From IMG/VR virus record IMGVR_UViG_3300018080_000098, positions 124,001 through 188,000 of that record: DNA of 64,000 bases. One strand, given 5' to 3'. The notes under the pieces were generated by a model. It did not search any database. It was not told the DNA's origin and was given only the letters and a program-made list of their open reading frames with translations. Position 1 is the first letter of the stretch. Each line of letters begins with the position of its first letter. Made by a program: the position numbers and the translations under genes. Shown one piece after another: positions 1 to 8,957 of the stretch.

Positions 1-3000
1 TTTGTACAATTGTAGAAGCGCCTGTGCCACCCGCAGGCATCAATAAATGGTAAAAAGCATTCAAAGGAGAAAACGCGCTACCCATATCCGATGTGGTCCC
101 CTGACCCGCCTCCGTAACCTCTGGGTAGGTTAACGGTCTCCCCATTATACCGAACAAGACTATCCGATTCCACTTGTCCAACAAATGCCTTCCAGGAATA
201 TTTTTATATGCTTGCGCTGTATTTCGTTTGTCTGTGTAAGACGCTAGCTTTGTAATGAATCCTCTAAATATAGGTGTCTGCTCACAACACAGATACTCTA
301 TCGCTTGCTCGAATGACTTCCCCATTAAAGGATGCGGTTGGTCACCCATTTTACTCAAAAGGTCTGCAAAAATCCCAGCGTGCTTCTTCTCGAAGTGAGC
401 AAACTTCAGCAGTGCGTCCGCTGTGGTGTGTACGCGCTTCGTTTCTTCTTTGCCCTTCTCCGTTGTACGTCGTAGGTGCTGTAGAAAACGTCCTATGCGA
501 TCTAATCCGACGATTGTCGCAGACCCCTTCACCATGTTCCGCAGCTGCTCCCGCTTCCAGTTCACCCACCGTAGCGCTTCGCTTATATTCACTCCGCGTT
601 GTTGACCAGTGAATGTGGAGATGTACGCTTGGTAGCTGCCATTAATGTTCTTTTTACTTGGAGTCAGCTGATTGAATATCTGACCCTTTATTTCCTTTGC
701 TACCCCGTCCGCTTTGTTACTAGCAATAAGGTATGACTGTTCCCACTCGTTCATCCTCGGACCCAGCGCAGCCTCAATCTCGTTCCACTTAGCGACACCC
801 AAGTTAGGGGATGTTACTGCTTCCACTTGTGTTGCCGGAACCGACCGCTCCCCACGAAAAACTACCCACCAGTCTACCCTAATTTCAGCAAATCCCAACC
901 GCTTGCGCCAAGAATTTTTCGTGCTAGCACTCGCTGGATTATCCCGCTGCTCCCTCAACTGCTTCTGCCTGTCCTCTGCTCCCTTGATTCGCTCTGCATA
1001 CCACTGCTTCTGAGCAGCGCTAGTAGCCGCCGCCTTTGCAGCGTTCAAATCTGCTATATGTTTTTTCAGAAAAGCCAGGTTTTTTTGTATAATTTCGTAG
1101 TTCTTCGTCTGAATGGGTTTCACGTCTTTGCTGAGCAGACGGTTTCCCATGCTGTATAAATTGTCATTTACATATTTGACGTACGCAGTTAGCCTCTTTC
1201 CATATTCTTTGGTTATCTCTAATGGACCCGATTGCTTTAAATCCGTTGCTTCGGCTGCTGTTATTTTTCCGCTACTACGTGCAGAATCCACCCACTTTTC
1301 CCAACCACTCGTTTTAGTAGATGACGCAAACCGTGCCAATTCACTAGTATTACTACCATAAGCTTTATACTTCATAACTGCCGCATTTAAGTACGCCGCA
1401 GCTACATAATAAATAGATGCGTCTTTGACGAAAACCTGTTTAACTGTCTTCCCGTCTTTGAATGCGTTTTTTGTAAGAGCCTCGTACGCTTTGCGCGCCA
1501 AGTACTTGACCGATGATTTCTCCGCCTTATCCGCAGTAGCTTTAGGAACATTAGCAACGGGAGCTAGCTCTACTTCTAACACCCTTCTAGTTTTCTGAAT
1601 AGACGGCCTTATCTTGCTTGCTTTACCCCTAACCAAATAGGGCTCCCCTACCAGATCGTAGATAGCCATTATATCCTGAAGAACGTACCCAAGTGAATCA
1701 GTAATGTCCTCCGCAATCTTGGACATAGAAACGTCCACTTTGGCTAACACTTGCTTTGCACAAGCATCATTGTAGTCTTCCCCAGCTTTTGAATATTCCC
1801 CTCTACTAATATCGAGCTTACCCTTGCGACCTAAACACGCTTTTGTTTTCCCACCACCGCTCATTTCTTTCGCAGTCCACAAACGATGAAGGTCGATATA
1901 AGTATCTTCTAAATAGAAACCATCACGTCCATAAATATATGGATTACTATTTTTAGCGTAGAGTGCTTGGGTAGAGGAGATAGCGTAGACTTCTTTGAGC
2001 TTCTTTCCCCAAGCTTCCCCAATACGAACAGCTCGTCTTAGATAAGCAAACTTTTTGTGCGACGCTTCCCTGGTTCCTGTGCGTTTATTCGTTTTTCCAT
2101 CTTCACGCTTGCCGCTTCCTTCCGGAGTAGATTTTCCAGTACCAGATTCCCTTCCTCCTGTGTTGGGCAGTGCATGGACACGTACACGCATTCGCTCAAA
2201 CAACGCTCGATAGTCGTAGCAAGTGATGCTGACGGACCGCTTGCCTTCGATGGGGTAGTCGCTCCATGAATACTTGTCGATGAAGCCAGTGAATGCGGGC
2301 ATCCAAAGGTCGTACCATTCTTTCATGCCTTTGTTCAGGACGGCAGGCACGTGGGGCAGTCGAACGAAAACTCGTACAGCGTCGTTCTTGTTGAAGATAC
2401 AGCTGAACGGGTTGAGGGGGTATAGCCACATACCGGTGAAGGTATCTATTTGCTTTTTCCCTCCGGTGGGGTTGACGCGCTCGTACTTACTTTTGTAGAT
2501 TTGCCATTTAGCGAGCTCATCCACACGCCAGGTGTGTCGGGTGACAGATTTGTAGACGTAGTGGCGACCCTTACGAGATTTCCAGCGATTCAGTCTCCAT
2601 GCGCCGACGTTGTACGGACCAGCGCAAACGTTCTCTGGTGTGACAATGAAAGCGTCCTGGGTATTGTTCAGAACGAATCTGCAGGTATTCACTCCGCCTG
2701 TGGATTCTATGGTCCAGCTGATCGAGCCTTCGACGTAAGGGGTGACCTCCGCGCCTTCAATAAAAACCCGGAACTCGTTCTCCTGGTTCTGGTACTTACG
2801 CTCCCTAAATTTGATCACCCCATCCAGAGTCTTCTCACACAACCACTTTCCCTGCGCACCTCTACGCACCGCTGGCCTTTGGCTCGCGGGTGTGTACACA
2901 GTTAGGTCCGGTTTGCACTCTGCCCCCGGAGGCGATGTTCTCCGCTTTGCCGCTATCGCGTTGAAGGAAGGAGTGTTGTACTGGGCGATGACTTGTTTAG

Positions 3001-3220
3001 CTCTACGTTGGGCGTTGTTTTGTGCTATTCGTCTAGCACGTTCTTTGTGGCCAACAACTCCAGGAGTCCCGTAAGAGTAAATTACGCCGCCTTTAACATC
3101 AGAAGATTTCTTCGCCCTGGTGAAAGTTAGAAAAGAAGTCGAAGAATCATGCGACTTCCCTTGAGGCGTCTTCTTGGTCTTATTTTCTGGCTGCTTCTTG
3201 CCTGTTTTAGGTGTAGCCAC
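1..3220 (-). CDS. Large (>1073 aa) putative virion/baseplate-hub-like protein, truncated by the window start; absent from the ORF track
   Basis: Hand translation of the minus strand is stop-free from GTG at 3220 (VATPKTGKKQPENK...) to position 1, starting 2 nt after the stop of 3223..3708. Segment ENEFRVFIEGAEVTPYVEGSISWTIESTGGVNTCRFVLNN resembles the N-terminal strands of baseplate hub/tail proteins (product is inference). Confidence 0.7.
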   Translation of the reverse strand, partial: MATPKTGKKQPENKTKKTPQGKSHDSSTSFLTFTRAKKSSDVKGGVIYSYGTPGVVGHKERARRIAQNNAQRRAKQVIAQYNTPSFNAIAAKRRTSPPGAECKPDLTVYTPASQRPAVRRGAQGKWLCEKTLDGVIKFRERKYQNQENEFRVFIEGAEVTPYVEGSISWTIESTGGVNTCRFVLNNTQDAFIVTPENVCAGPYNVGAWRLNRWKSRKGRHYVYKSVTRHTWRVDELAKWQIYKSKYERVNPTGGKKQIDTFTGMWLYPLNPFSCIFNKNDAVRVFVRLPHVPAVLNKGMKEWYDLWMPAFTGFIDKYSWSDYPIEGKRSVSITCYDYRALFERMRVRVHALPNTGGRESGTGKSTPEGSGKREDGKTNKRTGTREASHKKFAYLRRAVRIGEAWGKKLKEVYAISSTQALYAKNSNPYIYGRDGFYLEDTYIDLHRLWTAKEMSGGGKTKACLGRKGKLDISRGEYSKAGEDYNDACAKQVLAKVDVSMSKIAEDITDSLGYVLQDIMAIYDLVGEPYLVRGKASKIRPSIQKTRRVLEVELAPVANVPKATADKAEKSSVKYLARKAYEALTKNAFKDGKTVKQVFVKDASIYYVAAAYLNAAVMKYKAYGSNTSELARFASSTKTSGWEKWVDSARSSGKITAAEATDLKQSGPLEITKEYGKRLTAYVKYVNDNLYSMGNRLLSKDVKPIQTKNYEIIQKNLAFLKKHIADLNAAKAAATSAAQKQWYAERIKGAEDRQKQLREQRDNPASASTKNSWRKRLGFAEIRVDWWVVFRGERSVPATQVEAVTSPNLGVAKWNEIEAALGPRMNEWEQSYLIASNKADGVAKEIKGQIFNQLTPSKKNINGSYQAYISTFTGQQRGVNISEALRWVNWKREQLRNMVKGSATIVGLDRIGRFLQHLRRTTEKGKEETKRVHTTADALLKFAHFEKKHAGIFADLLSKMGDQPHPLMGKSFEQAIEYLCCEQTPIFRGFITKLASYTDKRNTAQAYKNIPGRHLLDKWNRIVLFGIMGRPLTYPEVTEAGQGTTSDMGSAFSPLNAFYHLLMPAGGTGASTIVQ

Positions 3221-3222
3221 TA

Positions 3223-3708
3223 TTACCCACCATTTCTAGTCCGCTGCGCTCGAGCTGCAGCTTCTCGCATGTTGTGTAGCGCCAAGTCTGCATCTGTTCC
3301 TATGAACTGCTCTCCCTCGCGCGCCCGTCCTTTCGCACCGTCATTTCGAAACGACTCTCGAATCAGGTGCGTCGTGAGCTCCTCTTCGAGCTCCGTCATC
3401 TCCATCACGTCTAGAAGCTCCCGCACCAACTTCAACAAGTTGGTGCTTGTGAAGAGCTCCAAGAATTGGTCCGCGCTGAACTCTCGAGATGCTGAAGAAC
3501 CAGCAGACCGAGTTACCGCTTCACCTTCCCCAGCCGCCACCGGTTCCTGTTGCTCCTCCTCGTACCGGTCCACCACCAGCCGCTCTAACCGAGCCGCAGC
3601 TCGAGCCGCACATTCCTGACGCGTGAACGCGTCCTCTAGAACCCGAAACACCTCTCCCTCGAAGGTCTTCCACGATCTACTTTCCGTCATCAGATTCCCT
3701 CGCCCCAC
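3223..3708 (-). CDS. Hypothetical protein
   Basis: 161-aa ORF tightly packed in the minus-strand operon; no recognisable motif. Confidence 0.65.
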   Translation of the reverse strand: MGRGNLMTESRSWKTFEGEVFRVLEDAFTRQECAARAAARLERLVVDRYEEEQQEPVAAGEGEAVTRSAGSSASREFSADQFLELFTSTNLLKLVRELLDVMEMTELEEELTTHLIRESFRNDGAKGRAREGEQFIGTDADLALHNMREAAARAQRTRNGG

Positions 3709-3967
3709 CTAACTTTTCCGGGTCTCGCTCAATAGCCCCCGTGTGCACATCTACCTGTCGATGGTCCACCAAACCGTACCGCGTCGCCAAATCGTTTGAA
3801 AACGCCATCAACGTTCGACTCGCCTCCATCAACTGCAATTGAGCTGTGTCTATTTGTAGCGTGAAGAAATCTACGTTCCGATTCAACAACCGCAACTTCC
3901 AGAAATCCGCCTCGTCCAGCTTCTCCGCTTTCTGTTGGTCTACCACCGGCTTCTCTTGATTTTCCAT
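3677..3967 (-). CDS. Small helical protein next to the tail fibre (possible fibre chaperone)
   Basis: 96-aa ORF with AAAGG SD, directly downstream of the fibre gene; function inferred from position only. Confidence 0.65.
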   Translation of the reverse strand: MENQEKPVVDQQKAEKLDEADFWKLRLLNRNVDFFTLQIDTAQLQLMEASRTLMAFSNDLATRYGLVDHRQVDVHTGAIERDPEKLGGARESDDGK

Positions 3968-3983
3968 CGTAATCCTTTCCTCT

Positions 3984-5573
3984 CTACTGCAGCATCGCCA
4001 ACATCTTGATCACCTTCGTCTCCACCTCCTCACCCTCCTGCTCTACACTCTCCAACGCCTTCCCGATCACCGTCCCCGTCACCACCTCCACACCAACCTT
4101 CTGTGCCTTCCCTTCATCAGCACTTACCAACAAATCACCAGGCACCACATCCCCTCCTCCCGTCGTGCAATACACATCCACGATCCCACACACCGACAAC
4201 GGATACTGATTCTCCACCTCCACACTCCTCCCCAAATTAATTCCTGGCTCCTCAGCAATTACTCCCACCACCTTCGCATCCGCTACCGATGTAGACTTTT
4301 TGTACACTCCATCTGTATCCATGATGATCACGTTCCCGGATTCACACTCATCAGGTACTACGATCCATTCGGCTACGTCGCAACCACCCATAGGAGTGAT
4401 AGATCCATGTGCTTCAATGTCTCCGTGAGTACATACGTTCCCATTGTTCAAAACAGTAAATTGGTCAATCCAAACACCTGGGGTAGTAAACTCTACTTGA
4501 CATCGAATGAAGTGACTTTTGCTAGCTACCTGTTCAGTATCCTGATTTCTCATCAGCAGCATAGTACCGTGGTAATCGTTCATTAATCCACGGATAGCCG
4601 AGATGGCATCGTTGGTAGATCCATTTACCAAGTCGCTGTACACGATAAACTTGGGATTGAAGTTGCTCAGAATGCTGCGCCCTGGGTCCGCACCCGACCC
4701 CGTAGCAGCAGCGTTCACTTCCAAGTGCATATCGTAATTAGCATTTCGAGGAACGAAACGAATCGTCTTATCACCTAGTTCAGTATTCAATACGATATCG
4801 AAATCTTCTGTGCTGTTGCTTCCTGTGATCAATAGAGCTTTCGTATTGGTCACCCCATATGTGTAGTCACCAATGAAAAGGGTAGGTTCAGTTCCTCCGC
4901 TTACGAATCCTCCAAGCTTCACCGTCGTCCCTATAGGAATGAACCCCGAGTACCCACCACTCTTGATCCCCGTCGTGTCGTACCAAAACTCCACTGCAGG
5001 ATTAGCGCGAACCTCCATCCCGTACCCAGACCGTAACACCAACCCCTTCTCATTCCCATCCAATACCTGCTCACCACCCTCGATCACGCTATACCCATTC
5101 GTCGCTCCCAAATTATCTCGACGGCCACCTATGTACAACCGCCCTGTGCTGTACGTGTCATTTTCTCCATTACTACCCAACTGAACCGTGTCCGCCCCCA
5201 AAACCATGTCCACCCTAACATTTGTAGATGTATCCGAACTACTGTCAAAGTATACTGTGGCTAGTTGCTTCCGAGGATCCACCAGAGGTCTTGTGTCCAT
5301 ACCTCGAGTGATCCGCAGGTAGTTCTTATGCCCAGCTGCAGGCTGGTTATCAGAATCCACCATCAAATACATGTCGTCCATAGACAACACGTTCCCACCG
5401 AACCCCGCTCCGTAATCCAACCCAGCTACGATCGCGTCCACTTCAGCATCAGTTAAATTGGCATCCAACTCTCGAAGTGTCTGTGCCGATCCATCGTTTG
5501 CGTATACTGTTGCGTAACGCAATGACCGAATTATCCCGTCCACCACTCGACTCTGCACGTAAGGAATGCCCAT
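3984..5573 (-). CDS. Tail fibre/tailspike-like protein with C-terminal intramolecular-chaperone (peptidase G2-like) domain
   Basis: Gly/Thr/Asn-rich beta-type body; C-terminus GGCDVAEW...VVGVIAEEPG...GDLLVSADEGKA...GTVIGKALE matches the D-x-A-E...GKAL pattern of phage fibre autocleavage domains. Confidence 0.75.
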   Translation of the reverse strand: MGIPYVQSRVVDGIIRSLRYATVYANDGSAQTLRELDANLTDAEVDAIVAGLDYGAGFGGNVLSMDDMYLMVDSDNQPAAGHKNYLRITRGMDTRPLVDPRKQLATVYFDSSSDTSTNVRVDMVLGADTVQLGSNGENDTYSTGRLYIGGRRDNLGATNGYSVIEGGEQVLDGNEKGLVLRSGYGMEVRANPAVEFWYDTTGIKSGGYSGFIPIGTTVKLGGFVSGGTEPTLFIGDYTYGVTNTKALLITGSNSTEDFDIVLNTELGDKTIRFVPRNANYDMHLEVNAAATGSGADPGRSILSNFNPKFIVYSDLVNGSTNDAISAIRGLMNDYHGTMLLMRNQDTEQVASKSHFIRCQVEFTTPGVWIDQFTVLNNGNVCTHGDIEAHGSITPMGGCDVAEWIVVPDECESGNVIIMDTDGVYKKSTSVADAKVVGVIAEEPGINLGRSVEVENQYPLSVCGIVDVYCTTGGGDVVPGDLLVSADEGKAQKVGVEVVTGTVIGKALESVEQEGEEVETKVIKMLAMLQ

Positions 5574-5653
5574 TTTTTCCTGCTCCTCTAGCCTGTCTCA
5601 GAATAAATTCCGCCACCGAAACCGCTTACCACGCGGTTTCTCCTTAAATCTAA

Positions 5654-6190
5654 CTAGCTTCCGCTGTATCTACGTGTCCAATTTGCATTCTCATCCAATT
5701 TGATCTGCAACCGCACCGTATCCTTCGCATCACCCAAATGCTTCAGCACATTCCCGCACAACTTCTCGAACGATTCCCACGTCTGCTGATAAATAGCCAA
5801 CTCCGGTACCACCAGCCCCACAGCCTGTCGAGCCCCCGCTCCACTCGTCCGCCCATTGATCACCCCCACCCGAGCCAACTCCTGACGCACTAACACCTCC
5901 AACTTCCCCAACGCACGTACCACCTTCATCGTACTCATCTGTACCGCCATCATACGGTCCACACCAGCCTGCAAACGATGCACTGCCTCCTGTGACCGGC
6001 CCACCGAATCAGCATCCCCACTGTTCACTCGCTTAGGTATCCACCGCGCTACATCCATATACGAACGCACTTCACCCACCAAATCCCCACCTATCTCCAG
6101 CACTTCAGCCTTGCGTTCCAGCTCCCCCAGTACCTCCCTCACCCCACCTCGATCACGGATCCCATCTACGTCCAAAACTTCCTTAGCCAT
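5654..6190 (-). CDS. Hypothetical protein
   Basis: 178-aa ORF preceded by the CTTGTAAAAT element at 6222-6231. Confidence 0.7.
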   Translation of the reverse strand: MAKEVLDVDGIRDRGGVREVLGELERKAEVLEIGGDLVGEVRSYMDVARWIPKRVNSGDADSVGRSQEAVHRLQAGVDRMMAVQMSTMKVVRALGKLEVLVRQELARVGVINGRTSGAGARQAVGLVVPELAIYQQTWESFEKLCGNVLKHLGDAKDTVRLQIKLDENANWTRRYSGS

Positions 6191-6434
6191 CGATCACACC
6201 TCGATCACAACTTCCCCTCATATTTTACAAGACTTCACACCCCTCACAAAAGAGACGCACAAACAACCCCTTATACCCTCGAACACTCGCGCGCAACACG
6301 GGGGGCTCTTTTGGAACAAAAAGAAAAACCCAAAAAAAGACCACATCGTAAATGTGTCACAGATACACCAGCACAAATCTCCCCAACGTCTCAACGTTTC
6401 AAATTGTCTTTGTGTGTTTCAGGGACCCGTTCAA

Positions 6435-6472
6435 AGAAAAAAGCGAGCCCACCTTCCACAGTGGACCCGCTT
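6435..6472 (-). terminator. Intrinsic terminator
   Basis: Minus-strand stem AAGCGGGTCCAC/GTGGGCTCGCTT followed by a T run. Confidence 0.7.
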
Positions 6473-6564
6473 CAAGTCATCATGCAACCAATGGTACCCA
6501 CTAAGTGCTTTGACCGATCGATGGAATGAACGAACAGTGGATACCCAGCTACACGATCAACGTC
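6435..6564 (-). ncRNA. Putative ~130-nt rod-shaped small RNA
   Basis: Lies between a sigma70-type promoter and an intrinsic terminator. GGUAUCCACU/AGUGGGUACC and CGUGUAGCUG/UGGUUGCAUG pair fully only on the minus strand (G-U wobbles). Confidence 0.55.
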
Positions 6565-6569
6565 TCCCG

Positions 6570-6598
6570 TTTCTACTCACGTTCCGCGGCAAAGTCAA
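6570..6598 (-). promoter_or_regulatory. sigma70-type promoter
   Basis: TTGACT-17 nt-TAGAAA preceded by a T-tract (TTTTTTACTTGAC). Confidence 0.65.
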
Positions 6599-6769
6599 GT
6601 AAAAAATCGCCCCAAGTACAAAAAAGTTCCGCCTTCCTCTCCTACCGGTTCACCAGTAATTACCCCACCTTCCAACCAGAAAATAGACTAAAATGCCCAA
6701 AAGAATACACCACCCCATCCCTTGGCCGTAATTGCAAGGAAAATACCCCTCAGAACAACGCCGCACTAT

Positions 6770-7945
6770 TTATTCAGGAGGTCCTCGAGCCCACCAGCCC
6801 ACCGCAGACTCTCGGCTACAGCAGTCCTCGTACCGCACCACCGCACCGAAGTTGGCAGGATTCTGGAGGCGCTCCTTTCGCAGCGTCCACAGAACCAAGC
6901 AGGTCAGCGTGATCTCCAGCAGCTTCTGCTGCACACCACGCCATAGTAGCCGCCGCAGCAGCACCAGGTCATCCCACGCCTCGAACTCCGACACTGTCCA
7001 GTGGCCACGCCACAGAAGCTCCCCGTCCCCGTACGCTAGCAACCGACGCACGTACCGAGGGTGGAAGTCCTCCACCGCTTCAGCACCCTCCCCCAGCAAC
7101 CGAGGTACCGGACTGTAGAGCTCAGGCTGCTTGAACAGCGCAGACTCCTGCTGGTACAGAAGAGCCGTCTGCAACCGAGGCATCAGCCAGTCGAAAGCTG
7201 GTGGATGGTGCAACTGCCAGCGAGCTCTATCAGGATGGTCGTAGCGCCGCTCTACCTGAGAAGGATACCGGAGCAGGTACGACCAGCTCTCCCGCAGCAC
7301 ATCCTCCACCATCCGCGCCAGACGTTTCACCGCTTCGAGCGGGATACCAATCTCAGTACACTCGTTGACTATCATCCCCCGGTGGTCGTTTACCACCCTG
7401 CGGATGTAGAAGGTGTACTGCTTCCGTGGATGACATTGACGCAGCCGTCTTCGCCACGCCTCCGCGCGTATTGCTGCGTTCCTGGCTAACAGCTTGTTGG
7501 AAGGCTTGCGGTAGTTCGCGTTCTCGCAGTGCAGCTCCAGGATTTCAGAGCCTGTGCCCGCCACACCATCCATCGTATCCCGAAGCCGCAGCTCCGTACG
7601 CCCCAGCACCCGACGCTCCCCGTAGGACATCTTGCCCTTCGTGTTGGACCCCTCCAGCGCAGCTGCCATCGCAGTCAATCGGCTGAAGGTCGTCAGGAAG
7701 GCTTTCAGATGCTCCTTGTCCGCCAGGTTGTAGCAGAGCGCCCGTGTGGTCTGCTTGAATCGGTGAGGCTTCTTGATTCCACGCTTGGTGAGCCCACCAG
7801 TGACCCGTAGCCCCTTGGCCAGCTGTAGTAGCAGAGTGCTTTGGTGTTCTTGCACACCAACCCACGTCTGCTCGGGTCGACCGTGATACCAACGGTCCGA
7901 CTCTACAGCTCGAAGAAACCTGGCGCTTCTCACGTCCAAGGACAC
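6770..7945 (-). CDS. Hypothetical protein
   Basis: 391-aa ORF; CTTGTAAAAT element at 7981-7990 upstream. Confidence 0.75.
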   Translation of the reverse strand: MSLDVRSARFLRAVESDRWYHGRPEQTWVGVQEHQSTLLLQLAKGLRVTGGLTKRGIKKPHRFKQTTRALCYNLADKEHLKAFLTTFSRLTAMAAALEGSNTKGKMSYGERRVLGRTELRLRDTMDGVAGTGSEILELHCENANYRKPSNKLLARNAAIRAEAWRRRLRQCHPRKQYTFYIRRVVNDHRGMIVNECTEIGIPLEAVKRLARMVEDVLRESWSYLLRYPSQVERRYDHPDRARWQLHHPPAFDWLMPRLQTALLYQQESALFKQPELYSPVPRLLGEGAEAVEDFHPRYVRRLLAYGDGELLWRGHWTVSEFEAWDDLVLLRRLLWRGVQQKLLEITLTCLVLWTLRKERLQNPANFGAVVRYEDCCSRESAVGWWARGPPE

Positions 7946-8013
7946 AGCTCTACCTCAGTGGGACAGGCCCACCTCCCCCTATTTTACAAGGTGCACGTTG
8001 TCTTCGAGGGCGC

Positions 8014-8955
8014 CTAGAGAGACGCGCGAGCAGATTCTGTCGAGCTTACCTCATTGGAAGGAATTTCTTGAGTAGTTTCAGCTATCTTGCCAACACCGCC
8101 CGACACCTCTTCGAGCTCCGCCAGCACCTTCTGCACCAGCGAATCCTCCTGGTTCAACCTGCACGCGCTCACCTTGTTCTCGGACTCGTCGATGTTGTCT
8201 CGCTCGTAGACCTCCAGGTACCCACGCTCCTTTGCCGCCTGGAACACCTCCTGGCAGAGCCGCACCTCTCGGAACTCCTCTCCCAAACGCCACATCACTC
8301 GAGTGATGAAATATTTGACACCAACGAAGGGCATCATTCCCTCACTCGCTGCCAGAAGCCGAATCAAGCTCGCGTAGTTGAACCCGTCCATATCGAAGGA
8401 AGACTCTTTGTACTGGTCACGGTACTTGTTCTCAAACAGCGTCCTGGTGGGAACGTAGATGCAGTTGTCGGGGGCTACGATACGTTGAGCACGCTGGTAC
8501 CTGCACACCATCACCACCCCCATCCCTTCCTGCACCAGCCGCTTGGCGAGCTCGTTGTAGTTCACTCCGCCCACTACCAGTACTACAACGTCGAACTGCT
8601 TGCGCGCCAGCGTGCCGTGCGCGTCGAACAGAAGATTGAGGTTCAGGTCGTCCTCCGTGAACCCATCTTCTTGCGTGTAGACTTTTGCGAATCCTCGAGA
8701 ACGCCACGCTCGGTGGTCCACCCCATCGCCCGATACGATGTCCCGGCTGTAGTAGACTGTCCCACTACAGAACCTTCCTACGGACTGCACGAACTTCTGT
8801 ACGCCGCGGGCGATCACTTCGTCCTGCAAATCGTCCCTCTCAGCCAACAAACCGTCCAAGTCGATAAACACCCCAATCTTGGGACGATTCTGCATCTCAT
8901 CAATCCTGTCTCTAATCTGTTTTACCTGTTGGGAAGACATTTCCACTTCCTCCAT
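8014..8955 (-). CDS. NYN (LabA/DUF88, PIN-like) domain protein, degenerate active site
   Basis: IGVFIDLDGL, DLNLLFDA and FDVVVLVVGGVNYNELAKRLVQEGMGVVMV follow the NYN pattern, but the SGDGDF motif reads GGVNY. Confidence 0.7.
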   Translation of the reverse strand: MEEVEMSSQQVKQIRDRIDEMQNRPKIGVFIDLDGLLAERDDLQDEVIARGVQKFVQSVGRFCSGTVYYSRDIVSGDGVDHRAWRSRGFAKVYTQEDGFTEDDLNLNLLFDAHGTLARKQFDVVVLVVGGVNYNELAKRLVQEGMGVVMVCRYQRAQRIVAPDNCIYVPTRTLFENKYRDQYKESSFDMDGFNYASLIRLLAASEGMMPFVGVKYFITRVMWRLGEEFREVRLCQEVFQAAKERGYLEVYERDNIDESENKVSACRLNQEDSLVQKVLAELEEVSGGVGKIAETTQEIPSNEVSSTESARASL

Positions 8956-8957
8956 TG

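Noticed and set aside
5618-5640. Hairpin GAAACCGC/GCGGTTTC as a terminator
   Set aside because: No U-run follows on the transcribed (minus) strand, so it is too weak to call.
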